64,000 nt of DNA, taken from Ophelia neglecta. Lineage: Eukaryota. The stretch is from positions 30,318,001-30,382,000 of the forward strand of contig OZ260663.1 of assembly GCA_965285935.1 (NCBI GenBank). Direction: 5' to 3'. Each line of letters opens with the position of its first letter. Position 1 is the first letter of the stretch. Positions 1 through 12,921 of this stretch are shown piece after piece. The notes beneath the pieces are model-generated. The model saw only the letters and a list, made by a program, of their open reading frames with translations, made no database searches and had not been told where the DNA came from. A program made the position numbers and the translations under genes.

Positions 1-302
1 GGTGAATTGTAGTTCAAGTTTGCTGGATTACTGCTCTTTGGCAATAAATACTTTAAATTAGCTTAAATTAAAGTCAAAAGGGCACCCAAGACATCATTTC
101 ATTTTAAAATTGACTTCCATAGAGAATGCACATGTAGAAATGTGTTCCAATGTCGCAAATGACTTTCAAACATTCTATAGTAAACCAGAACTTTTTCGAT
201 TATTGTTGAGATTATAGTTGACATTATAGCTGGATAAATTAATTTTGCAAATTTCAGTTTCTTATAGTTGTACCTCATGTAGAAATAATATGTTCATTGT
301 AG

Positions 303-497
303 GAAGTGATTCTGTCAGAGATGCCTGGCGTCCATGAAGTTGTTGCTCTTGGAGGTGTAGAAGGAATGCAGGAAGTAGTATCATCCTCTCAGATCATACA
401 GTTTGAAGAGAGACAGGCAGCAAACACACATGAGATAGTTGTTCATTCAGAAGATGTGGAAGCTGCTGCTAATGCTTTGACAAATCTACTGGGCTGA
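303..497 (+). CDS. Terminal coding exon of an unidentified gene entering from upstream of the window
   Basis: Acceptor ttcattgtAG at 301-302, then an open frame EVILSEMPGVHEVVALGG...DVEAAANALTNLLG* to TGA 495-497 with protein-like acidic composition. Product not recognised. Confidence 0.6.
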   Translation, partial: EVILSEMPGVHEVVALGGVEGMQEVVSSSQIIQFEERQAANTHEIVVHSEDVEAAANALTNLLG

Positions 498-1406
498 AGA
501 TCTCTTAATGAACATGTAGATGTATAGGACCGTCTCTATGAGTTTATTTGTATAAAGACTTTCTGAACCCCCTGTAAAGATATCAATGGTCATCTTATGT
601 ATAGTCTTAGTAGTTTTGTGTTGTCCTGTTCGTGAGTTGTAATAGATGAAATAAGAGTTATCTGATCAAGATCATGTTTTGGCGGTGAAGGAAACTAACA
701 TGATTCTATTGATGAAGGAAGTGTTAAAGAAACATTCATCATTATCAGATTGTGAATTGTTATGGGTTTAGCAACCATGATACCATGCTTAACTGTCTAG
801 CCATTTTTTTTTTTTTGTACATCCTGATTATAATTCGGAGTGATAAAAGATCAATTTGCGAGGTCATTGTCATGATTTAGATATCACAAGTTGTTGAGAG
901 CATGAACATATCACCCAGGTCATGAATAATCAACAGCTGGACACCAATGTCGGAGCTTTGAAATAGTCCACTTTAAACTGTACATAATTATAGGCAGTAT
1001 AGTAGGACTAAAACATTGTATGCTGATTAATTTGAAATTTGTGATATAAATTTGTCTTGTAAATTTTGGGAAAAATGCACATAAATTATTTTACTTATTT
1101 GTATAGGTGCTCTGGAGTTTTCTTTTTAATGGAACTTGTTAAGAAATGATTGGGAGGGAAAGAACATGAATTCCAAAGGTATGCATCTTGTAGTTGAATT
1201 GGAGACGTGGCTGTCGGACATTGTGATTAAAAAACATGGGTGGTAGCGGGTTGATGAGGAATACCCTGTACTGGCCTACTGTACAGGACGACTGTAAAAC
1301 CCGTTAATTTTGCGGTCCATAATGTTTGCAGTTTTGCACACAAATTATTTTGCTGGCCGTTTTATAGGCAACTTCAATCAGTTCTCACTAGGCAACTAAT
1401 GTTTAA

Positions 1407-1586
1407 AGGCACACCATCTTTAGTTTTGCTGAAAAGATGATGTTTTCTTTTTTGCAGTTGTATAACCAATTGTTCAACTCATTGATTATTCCATAACTAT
1501 AACTCTTAATACAATTTATACCATAAATTATGACTAAATTATTAGAATGTAGTCCATATTTTTAGCAAACTAGAGAAAGGGAGCCT
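1407..1586. mobile_element. About 180-bp MITE with TTAA target duplication and AGG...CCT ends (Kolobok-like)
   Basis: TTAA (1403-06) AGGCACACCATCTTTAGTTTTGCT ... AGCAAACTAGAGAAAGGGAGCCT TTAA (1587-90): imperfect terminal inverted repeats of about 24 bp. Confidence 0.5.
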
Positions 1587-1967
1587 TTAATTTTTGTGGT
1601 TTTGACCCTACTAGTAGGGGTCACAGGGTAGTGTCTACATACTTAAACATTTGTCCTTGTCACTTTTATCAGGATCTTACACATGTGTAGGGGCCTATAT
1701 TTATTTAAACTTATTAGACTATTGATGTAAATTGAATAGTATTTGTAGTAATTTGATATAAATGTTAGTATTTATCATCTTTTGTCCACAAAAGAGAGCA
1801 GGTAGTATAATAATGTAGTAGGTTGAGAAATGTATGAAATACATGAGTGTATTAACAATGTCATAACAAGATCTGAATAAATTGATGATATAAAAATCAT
1901 ACACACCTTAATCAGTTTGTTAATGATGTACATGTACCAGAAAACCAGAAAAGGCAATGATTATATC

Positions 1968-2215
1968 CATCTTTCACCATCGCCTACCACCGTCTACCAT
2001 TTATTTTACCACCGCCTACCATTACCATGTTTACCACCATCGTAGACATCACCGCTTTTTTTTTATATTTTACCATCGCCTGGCATTTCTTACCACTGCC
2101 TACTATCGCCATTTTCCACTATTACCAACCGCCTACCTTTGTCCATCGCCTATTTTAAAATAAAAATCTTAGCCTACTATCTTCCAATTTGGCTGAAGTC
2201 AAAGTGTCAGTTGGC
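1968..2215 (+). repeat. Dispersed repeat built from ACCACCGCCTACCATT-like units
   Basis: Several degenerate (T)ACCACCGCCTACCAT units ending in CTTCCAATTTGG; related inverted copies at about 8455-8620 and 10285-10350. Confidence 0.7.
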
Positions 2216-5200
2216 CTAATAATTATAATGTGATCGGATATATGGTCTTTATGGAGACGTAAGGACTGGAACCATACAATCATATCCTGGCACTACTGGA
2301 TTAACAATGATGGCAAATTAAAACTGTTACTTATCAGATGATCACCCAGTGAACTAAACTGGTCTTGCACGATTTCTTTGGAAGAAAATTGGTTTTGCAT
2401 CTTCTATATCTCGGGTTCTAACCTATATGAAAAGTCAGGAGCGACAGAGCTAGATAACAGGCTCGTCGTTCTCTACACTTGTTGTGGATCATTACAAACG
2501 AAATTTAAAATCTTGTTACACAGTTTTCTTCATCGAAAAAGCTCTTGAGCCCATTGCGACTTTTCTTCCTTCTGTTCTTCACCGGAAGATGGAAGGATTT
2601 GTAAACAAACTGGCCAGTTTTGGACCATTTACAGTCCAGGTGCCACCTACCACCCTACATCAGTGTTCATAAATTGCAGCAACAAATTTATTCGTCAGAG
2701 GACACAGAGAGCGTCTATAATCATGCATTAAATCACCCTCTCGAAAGGAATAATATAAGAAATAAAAAAATAATCGTCTAAGGATAGAGATGCTTTCCTT
2801 GTGCTTCACTATGTAAACCGTTTGATTTCAGGTATAAAAATGTGCCAGTTAACGAAGGGAGAAAAATGCTGAGTCAAATTTTTATTCACACTAAAAACAA
2901 ACAACTTTTTTTATGAAAACAATAGATTTTCCTGAGTACATTGGGTCATCATAAAAAGTATCCGAAAACAGAGTGCAGAAAAGCTCATTAATGCCCCAAA
3001 TTCCCCGTGAAAATTCCACTGTGATTTTTGGTAAAATAACCAACAATGCCTATTTAGATTATTCACAATAAATGAGTCATTAGCCCAGGCAATGTGGCCC
3101 TATGTATATACGTAGAACTGTAGTGTATTATTGTATTTTTGTGACAGGTCTACGTATATAATATGCATATCAATATCAATATCAATGTGAATCCTCCGAA
3201 GTGTTTGTTGTTCCCTGTGTTCGTGTTTTCTTCTCCTTTTCTGCACTTTTTTTGTTTTTTGTTTCTCTCCCTTATATATTTATTTATTATTCATATTATG
3301 TTATTATATAGCTCAGGCAAATAAGCTGTGTTACAGCTTCGCCTTATTGTTACGTTTATACATTATGTTTCATTGTTCTTCTGTATTTTATTTAGTAACA
3401 AAAAACCGTTGAAATTGAAATTGTACCGATGTATTCCGTTGGAAACGGCTCATAATGTTATTTATATCCCTACAGCCCACACCCCTACTGCCCCGCCCCT
3501 AACACACTTATTAATGGCTTTATTGATATATTTTTCCCTAAAGGAACAGTTGATCTAATACTGAAACGACAATGCGCTGACGACAGAAAAAAAACAAAAC
3601 ACGACATAATGAATGAACTACCGATAATTGGTCAAAATTTAATAGTGGCCAAACACCGAAACCGAGGCAACAGAATTTAAGCTGCTATCTGAGAACCATA
3701 GTTGACGTTTTTTCAATTATTGATTCAAGTATTCTTCAACCTTTCGTAATCAGCAATTTTTGCAGTCAGTTCTCCCGTTTAACCGAGCTTATCGTAGATG
3801 AACCCTTGATCATATGAACACATTCTCGGTGTCAGATCATGGGTCTGGTGCTTATCTCTCCAGACCTTTAGCATCAATTAACATACCCTCCTAAATACTG
3901 TGTAAATTTCAGTAACCTTAAACAACAGGATCGTAGTTAGTTAGTGAAGCATTTGACTTTCGCTCTGCACTTCCTCATAGGAAGTCGCAAAGAGGAACTT
4001 CTTACATTCGGAAAACTAGATAAGCATGAGCACTGACCTACCCTAATGTAAAGATGCATGCCGACATATTGGCTGGTATAGTTTTATATTTCTGGATGAT
4101 TAATTAAATAAGGCATGAAACTAATTTAAGATCCAAGGTTTCAGGAATTTCAAAATAATGGTTTATGTAACTGACGATATGCTGAGATAAGGCCATGGGG
4201 CCTCTGCACATGACAAATTTCGGTTGCCGTAGCCCGGTACTTAGTGTATTTATGAATAATAATCTTACAAAAATATTTAATTTTACCATTTTAAATGCCA
4301 TCATGATTGTCTCAAATGTTTTAAATTGAAACAATATTGTTTGTGCATTAACAAGTCGGAAATGCGTAATTATGTCTGAGTTTAGGCCCCTACTATACTT
4401 TATTGGGGGCTCATTAGGTAAAATGAATTGATATTCTATAATGGAGACAGATAACTTTGTCTGTCAAATTGTTTGAGGTTTTTGGACTTCAGATTTGAAA
4501 AAAAAGTTCCAGAAATAGTTCAAAATAGACCCACATTGTTTTTAACTTACACAAAGACAGCCTAATATAATATATCCATATTGCAAACCAACAACGTTTA
4601 CGTGCGTACGAAAATTCTTCTCATGTCAACGAAAAATAAAATCATTTCAATACACACACATTTACATTTTGGATATATTATGGCATACAAAAACGACGTA
4701 ATATGATACTTTTCTCTTCTCAAACACTGAATAATAGCACATTCTTATAAACTCACGTTCCAACAATATGTGTTGTGACTAAATAAAACAGAAATAAAAT
4801 CTTTTTCCCACTGAATATATTTGAAACTTTTACCCATATAGCTTATTATGAATTTACTTTTTCAGGTACCTTACCTTATTAAATACCAGAGCACTTGAAT
4901 ATACATTTATACTAATGTTTCGACAGGTTATACATTAAATTAGCGTACGGTTGAGGTAAATTGTTTGTTTGCTGAACATGCTGGGAAAAAATTGTGTTTC
5001 AAGATGTGTCGTAAAAGAAACATTTTTCAAATAATTGCCGTAATCAAAGGCACATAGATTCTAGTATAAACCGTTCAAATAGGAATAAAAAGTATATAAC
5101 AACCAACTCAAATCAGGGTTTAGTTGCAATAGGGATAATTGTTAATCCAAAAATTCAAATTGATCATATTATCAAAATAAAAAGAAAAAAGAAGAATAAT

Positions 5201-8200
5201 ACTACGTGCATTTGTTAACATGTTAGTGTCAAAGTGTCGACCCATCTGCTATAATAAGAGTTATTTCATAAATTACATGAAATGTATAGGCCTAACCTAC
5301 GTAAAGTCGCACCAAAACGAGAATTTAACAATCTAGTTGTTGAACAGTACATATGTAACAACGGAAATTCGTTGCCGTCAGTTTTGGATTGTTCAAAAAA
5401 ATCTATTAGAAATATATGCATTGCTTTGAAATCACAATGAGGTTGGTTGTGACAAGCGCTAAGTACCTGATGCCCATATTCGTCTGTTACATTGGAGACT
5501 TGAGTTGTCATATCTACCAGAACCCACCCGTGTTACAGCCAACCCCGCTCTCCCCTAGAGTCTACTGCTAGTGGTACCCGAAGACATGAAGTAAAGCCTT
5601 AAGTTGTTCGTTCAAAGGCCGAACTAAAAAAATCCAAAAGCAGCTTATTAATATAAGTGGTTGATAATGTCGTCTGCTTTCTAGCCCGGGTGCAGTACCC
5701 CTACTTTAAAACATAATGAACTGCTCCAAACCAGGTGTTTGGCATTCAAACGTGTAAGAATTACATTAACTTAAGAAACAAATAAATAAATAAAAACACT
5801 CAAAATTGTAATTCCCTTAACAAATTTTGCTTATGAGGAACAGGATATTTATCCAGTAAGCACGTAAAAACTAAAAGCAAAATATCAGCCTGTCTTGTTT
5901 TGTTTGCAATCATGGCAAAAGAGGAAGTAATTGTTCGAAATTTCCTAAGAAATTACCCAGTAACATTTTACATAAGCACTGCTTGTATTAACATGTTTGG
6001 CTTGTGTTTAGTATATACACACACGTCCGTGTTACGATATAGTAATCGGTTAAGCTAGATACAGTCAGTGTACATATAAAGACATTTTTAGGCCTAGTTA
6101 AGCTGCTGTTTGCCTGTGAATCTGTCTTGTGGGTGTCTACTTTACACGTAATACCCTTAGTGATATAGCCCTGTGACAAGCTTAATTCAGTAGTATGCAT
6201 ATATAGTAACAACCATAGAAACACATATTACTTAATGGTCGGATGTGTAGGCCTACAGAGATTGCAAAAGGTATAACATTTAAAGCTCGTTTTGCTTTCG
6301 CATGTTTGGAGTCAGATCGAATAGAAAGTATCCTTAATTTGTTTACACTTTCAGCTACTTCCATTTTTCTGCCATCATCCTGTGCGCGCATTGATTGCCT
6401 AAATATGTCTGGCCCTTTTTTTATATCTATATAAATGGTGAATCATTCTTAAATGTAAAATCATGGCTACAAGTGAATCACAGAAACAAGCCTGTGGTAA
6501 AGGTGGTTTGGGATAATTTTTTGCCGGAATATATGCCTATATTTAACCGAGAACAAAACGGACAAGAAAATTTCATTCACGAGGTATCACAGCATGCCAA
6601 GCGGACAGTGCCTATATATATAGGCCTACTGACACCCGAGACTGGCACTCACGAGAACACACCCGCATAATTCGTAATGTCTCCGGTTTCTCGGCGATAT
6701 TTGGTTACAGGACATGATATATATAATTGTCACTAAATAGCTCTAAATGTTTCCCTTTACATAATTGTACAATTTTATTTTGAACCCAAATATGGCATGG
6801 ATGGAAGTGTACATCACCGGGTATTTGATTGTATAGCTTCATTACACGATGGCCATCCTTAAAACGGCTTTAAAAAGCGCCCCTCCAATTAATTGTCACA
6901 ATCTTCCTGAGTTTATTAGGGGAAATAACACACACGCTCGGGATAAGAATCATATTTTGTAAAGGTATATAGTTTAACAGATTTATTGACAACTTCCGAC
7001 GTATTCTAGAATGTTCCGCGACGATACCCATGTTAAGATTGTATCATTATAATTCCTATGAAATGCAGAAAAACGTGCACAGTAAAGCGTGTTCCTGACA
7101 TTTACGACCCAAATAGGTAGCTAAGAATATCCTCCCGAATATTTGTCTTGTTTTCATGAGCATTTCCAGTACATAATGGTGCCATGATAGCTAAGAAAAC
7201 CACATATTTGTTTTCAATTGTTTTTTATTTTATTTTGGGGTTATTGTTACGCGCTTTTGTGTACTTCGTAAGGGCTCGGTCACAAATTACCAAGTGGGGG
7301 TGGGGGTTGGGCACAATTTTATTTCAATAAATGAGCCTCCACCCCAACATCGGTGAATAAAATGGATGATTCCCCCCTGGTGATTGAAAACAAAATCATG
7401 ACCCCCATCAAAAAAAAACTGTTATTATTGATACTAAACATTGCCATTCGTCTTTCGGGGAAACAAGTGGTGGGAATTAATTTGATGAGCTTGACATTTA
7501 AGCTAATACAAAGAAAGTATTCAAGATCGCCACTATATTAATACTTTGCATATGATTTCTCACGTGTGGTCACTATACTATATTTGATATGTCCATAATG
7601 CACTGTTAGTCATTAGAAGAGGCACAGGAGATTTTCTTTTTAAAATGAGACCAAAATCAATTGCATATCACTTATTGACTCCTTGTTCATCAATATGACT
7701 CAGTGGTCCATACATTTGATACACCTTGTCTGCACCAATATGCCATTACCAGACGTAGAGGTATGAAGTAATCTTAAATTAACCTGGAAAATGTGACCAA
7801 GGTCAAAGGTATGAGGTTCCGATTGGATTAAGGCTGTTTGCCGTGTATGGTCATCGACCAAAAAGTTTGCAAAGGTCACTATCCTTATCATTAGGAGTGC
7901 GGTGCCCATTTCAAATGAATCTGAATCAGTTCCTTTCGGCATAACCCATTGTCTATTGATTCTTTTTCCTCTGCTAATTAGCGAGAAAAAAACTTCGGAA
8001 AATGTGATGCCATAAGCCGAAAATATCAGGTGCACGTATTTTTTCCGGGATATATACTTTTAACAGTGTTGATTAGGAATTAGGCGTACGTATACAAAGG
8101 TTGCTTAGAGCTTATTGTGATCAACACCAGTGTCACTAAATATATCTAGGCTTTATGTCAGAGTGTGTCAACTGTGATTATTAACTAACATTTGATCATG

Positions 8201-8454
8201 TGTCAGAAACTACTGGTTTGTGTGTATCAGAACTGGTCCCGTGTAACTATTTTTGAAATTTGAACCGTCGGGCGTATAGAGATATAAGGTCAAACTCAAA
8301 GTATTTCGATATCGATTACTTACATACTTGATATGTCGATCAATCGCTTTTCATTCGGTATTCCCACACAAGTTTTGGCATATATGCAGGTAATATTTTC
8401 CCCATAACTTCCACTTAGCAGAAGTGATGGAATTTTTTTGTTGGCCATTAAACA

Positions 8455-8620
8455 AGCAAACCGACCCTTGGACCGCCACCAAATTGGAAGGCGATTGCAG
8501 GCCGTGATATACGATGGTGAAAAATGGTAGGCTGTCGTAAAAAATTTTAAGTGGTAGTAGGCATTCAGTGGTAAAAATGGTAGGCGGCGGTAGCTCACGT
8601 TAAAAAAAAGGCAGGTGGTA
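8455..8620 (-). repeat. Inverted copy of the 1968-2215 repeat family
   Basis: CCAAATTGGAAG followed by repeated AAAATGGTAGGC(GGCGGT) units, the reverse complement of the 1968-2215 motifs. Confidence 0.65.
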
Positions 8621-8699
8621 TCTTTCACTAAAGGAATAATTGCCAGGTAATTGAAAATTGCCCTGGTCGTGCCTATATATTAAAGTGAAGATCCCAAGT

Positions 8700-9900
8700 T
8701 ATTAACAAACTATAGAACTGAGTCTGTTTTATCTATGTTCTCAAAATATTTGAAAAGTCATATAAAACAGGCTGTTGTCCTTTATTAATGCAAATTATCA
8801 TCGGTATGCTAATCAGTCCGGCTTCAGACAAGGCCATTCTACAACCTTTGCTTATTATGATTGTTGATAAAAGCTCTGTTGCACGTGAAAAGGGCGATGG
8901 TCCCATTTTTTTTTACTTTTCCAAGGCCCCTTGACACACTCGACCCCACACTTCTGTCACAAAACTATACCTCTATGGGGTAAGAGGTTTAAAGATTATC
9001 TTTTTGAAAGAAAAACAGTACGCTGACTTTCCAAATAATTTCTCAAGGACTGATCTATTCCGGTGTTGGGTTCACCAGGGATCAATACTAGATCCTTTTG
9101 TTGATCCTACTTTACATCAATGATTTGTCCTTTTTTTCTGAAAAAATTCTTAGCTATCTTATTTGCTGACGATTCTAATTCATATGTCGCGGGGAAAACT
9201 TTTGATAATGATATTTCTGTCATGAATGGGGAAGCAAACAAAGTGCTGCTTTGGCTAGAAGTCAATAAACTTTTAAACTTCCAGAAGACAAATAATATGC
9301 TATTTCCGAATCGTATGAATAAAGAATTGTTGACCAATAAATTTTGTATCAAATGTCAAGCAATTAAAAGAGTAAACACAACTTTCCTGGGTGTAAAACT
9401 TGCTGGTTCTCCGCTACCCAGATAATAAAAGTAAGATGAAAGAATTCCCATTGTCTTGGTATTTTGTGTAAGGCCAGAAAAATCTATGCAACAAATAAAT
9501 AATATTAACATGATATTATTCTTTTATTCACCCATATCTTCTCTATTGTAATGAAATAATCTATAAAACAATGATATTTTTGAACCCATCTTGCAAACCA
9601 TTGACCAACAGTTCACCGAGTTAAACCTTTTGGCGGTGGGGCAGCTATATATCTATCACATATCTCTATTTATGTATAAATATTTCCATGGCCTGCTCCC
9701 AGAAGCGTTCATTTCGACGTTTGCCATGAATTCTGTTTCACGTGTTATTCTAGAAATGCATGTTTGCCTAAATCACCCAATTATAATCACAGTTGTATTA
9801 AAAGTTCAGTCAAATATCAGGGTGTTTTGATTTTGAATAAATTAAATGAAACCTTAAATTTGAAATGTTCTAAATTAAAATCGTCAATAAAATTGTATCT
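8700..9900 (+). mobile_element. Decayed non-LTR retrotransposon RT fragment (CR1/L2/Crack-like)
   Basis: Frameshifted RT motifs in the expected order: NYR..SVLS.FSK(I)FEK (~8708), NQSGFRQGHST (~8812), FSKA..DT (~8918), GVHQGSILDP (~9068), LFADDSN and WLEVNKLLN..KT (ORF 9120-9425), LFMYKYFHGLLPE (ORF 9591-9830). Confidence 0.85.
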
Positions 9901-10639
9901 TCTTGTTGAATTAAATGTTTGAATCTACTTTACTCATAATGTTTTGGGCTATAGTTAAAGGCATTTATATTTATTATCTGTACTTGGATTTGTTGGATAT
10001 ATAATCGTTCTTCGTTTTGCTGGATTTCCAAAATTAATTAAACCATTTTTTGGTATATAGGCCTTTATGTATTATATGGGATATAGAAGAATGCATGTGC
10101 TTCTGACCCAAAGTTAGAAATATATTGCCTTTATAATGAGTTATATATTATAATCTATTATAATCTAGATATTCATATTGTCTAATGTGTATATGCTAGT
10201 TAACGTTGTATTTTGTTATACATGTATTTAGTTGTTCATTTTTTTCAATAAACATTCATTAATCATTTGTTCATTCATTATAACTGAAAAAGCGGTGGTA
10301 AGAAATAGACTGAGAAGGACGACGGTGAAAAATGGTAAGCGGTGACTAGAATATGTAGTCGATGATGAAACATGGTTATTTCTATTCAGGTGGTCCAAGT
10401 GGCCTTTGCCTTTAAACACATTGATAGAAACATATACTGAAGCGACTTAGATCTACTTTCATATGAGAGCAAAGGAACAGCATGCCACACAGCAGGCCAT
10501 TGCAGGTATGATAATGCCATTTAAAAACTTCTTTGGCTGGCTTGCTATTTAAGTCAAAAATACTGGTTAAATAGTTTAACTCATTGGTCGAGATACTTGA
10601 ATGGCCATTTTAAAATCCATTTACATCTATTTTTTCCAT

Positions 10640-11460
10640 GTACTTTTGTAGTATTATGGCATTACTACACTTTACTCTAGTAAACTATGGTTAGCTATAA
10701 TTTTCACTATTATATGTATTACAGTATGTACTGTAGTATGTATAATAGTATGAGTTATGCTCTTTATAATAATATACTGTAGTATATGTTCTGCAGTATA
10801 ATATAATATAGTCTATACTATAGTTTGTACTAAGCTATAGTTTGTACTAAGCTATAGTGTGTACTATTGGCTGTACTACAGTGTGTACTAAAGTGTTTAC
10901 TATAGTTTGATGTATGTACCATAGTGTACTATTATATAATAAATAACTTATAAGTATGCACTATAGAACATAGTATAGTAAACAATAGTAAATATCTAAG
11001 TTAACTACAATTTACTGTAGTGGTACTATATTTCACTGTATTAATACCATAGTTTCACAATAGGAATACTATAGTAACACTACAGTTTATTATAGTTATA
11101 CCATAGTTTAATTTGGCACTATTACAGTATTTGTACACTTTACTATAGTGTAATTATAGTGCAACTATAGTATACACTAAAGTAGGTACTATAGTATGTA
11201 CTACAGTGTTTACTTTGGTATGTACTATAGTATGTACTACAGTGTTTACTTTGGTATGTTCTACAGTATGTACTGCAGTGTGTACTTTAATTTGATGCAT
11301 ACACGTATAGTGTACACTATAGTGTAAACTGTAGTGAATGTTATGGTCAATTCTTTAGTAGATCTATAGTATGTACTATTGAACATATTATAGTGAAACA
11401 TATGTTCTTATTACTATAGTAAGGAATTCCCTTAAAGTACTATAATATACTACAATACTG
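10640..11460. repeat. Degenerate ACTATAGT/TACTATAG-rich satellite
   Basis: Dense palindromic ACTATAGT and ACTACAGT cores; exact internal duplications of 17 bp (TATAGTTTGTACTAAGC x2, ~10819) and 36 bp (GTACTATAGTATGTACTACAGTGTTTACTTTGGTAT x2, ~11186). Confidence 0.85.
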
Positions 11461-11865
11461 GTCTTTATAATATCAAACTAGGGAAACGTTTGCTGTCCAA
11501 GCCACTTATGTTCTTTTTATATAAATTTTATGAATGACCCTAAATAGACAATATTCGTATTTACTTTCCAGGGTTGCTGCCCATAAAAAATAAAGTTAAG
11601 CACACATAGGCCTATACAAGTTTTTTCCTTGCATATAGGCATTTGGGTGGTTTTTTATTTTACTACTTATTAATCCCACAGGCAACATGTAGATATTAAC
11701 AAGTCGGTAATCGCTGCACACTGGCCTATATTCTCTAATGACTATCCTGCAAAAGCAGGCACAGAGTGACATTTGTAATACCAGGTTTTTTTTACCCACT
11801 AACACCCCTGCTGTTTGTGTGTGCGCAGTCATCGTTATCATATTCATGAGTAAATAGCACGTTGT

Positions 11866-11876
11866 GGGGAATCCCC
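11866..11876. promoter_or_regulatory. NF-kB/Rel site GGGGAATCCCC upstream of the IkB gene
   Basis: Matches GGGRNWYYCC on both strands; E-box CACGTG adjacent (11883-88); about 0.9 kb upstream of the inferred IkB TSS. Confidence 0.6.
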
Positions 11877-12746
11877 GAAGGTCACGTGATTGTTGGTAAA
11901 TGCTATCAAGTACATGATCACTACATGGTTAAACGGCCTTACGCCAAACTGTAATGACGAAGTACAAAAAGGCCAACCGTCTATGACGACAGCTGCTTGG
12001 AAAATGTACAATGAGCTTACAACATTATAGTTTGTTACTTCCTTCGTTGGCCTATACGAAGTTAACAGAAACTAGAGCTAACTAGACCATACTAGTTTTG
12101 TAGGGCCTATACACCCAGATTACAGGATTGCACATCTAGTCATTTAAGTTCATCTTATTTTTCCTACGTAGTGTAGCCTCTACCGTAATACAGTCAGCTT
12201 ATATATCATATCTGGCGCAAACAACGCGTGGCACACCGAATCTGGTAAAGTGGGAAATTTTCATGACGTGTTCAAATGCGGGCTGAAAGAGGTTACCTTT
12301 GTGTAACGCGCATCGATTTTGACAGTCAGCACCGATGTGGGAATACGTGGTCCTATTTACCAAGAAGTCAGCATTTGCTCAAGCCAAAAATAACCGGATT
12401 AGTTAGCACAAATAATAGCGCGAACTGTCTTGACCGTTAGTAACCTTAAGCTGGTACACACGAGGATTTGTCATTGATAAATACGGCTTGGTTTTGCTTC
12501 TATAGAAAAACATTGGTCATTACTGATTACAGTTCGGACTATTCTTACGGATTAAATTGCCGTGGTACCTGAGTCACCTTTTTCCAGCCTGTCCAGTTTC
12601 CAGTTCGGCACATCCATTGCCACTCGAGTACATTTTAAGAGGATAACATATGGTATCGGCACTTAGAGAACACACTATGACATAGGAAATGTTCTCCAAT
12701 AATCAGATTTCACATTCGTATATAACGCTATAAGTTTGCATTGGGA

Positions 12747-12810
12747 GAAAAGTCCCCTGGAAATTTTAAGTTGTGTATAAAAAGCTCACGCCGCTTTGAC
12801 AGTATCAGTG
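12747..12810 (+). promoter_or_regulatory. IkB core promoter: kB-like site, TATA box and Inr
   Basis: GAAAAGTCCCC (reverse complement GGGGACTTTTC) at 12747-57, TATAAAAAG at 12776-84, and Inr-like TCAGT with its A at 12807, exactly 31 nt after the first T of the TATA box. Confidence 0.65.
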
Positions 12811-12921
12811 AGCCTACTAACATTTGCCTTTAAGGACATAGTCGTGTGATATAGAGAGCTGCAAGCTAAAGGACTGTATATACAAGGGAACATAAACCCA
12901 ATAAATATCTACGTTTAGAAG
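12807..12921 (+). other. Non-coding first exon (5' UTR) of the IkB-like gene
   Basis: ATG-free segment from the Inr to a strong donor AAG|GTAAGA (intron 12922-13907); acceptor ttttgtctttctttaatAG lies directly before ATG 13908. Confidence 0.55.

Noticed and set aside
1957-2163. His/Tyr/Thr-rich 68-aa ORF (and 8320-8628 on the minus strand)
   Set aside because: Translation of the ACCACCGCCTACC repeat.
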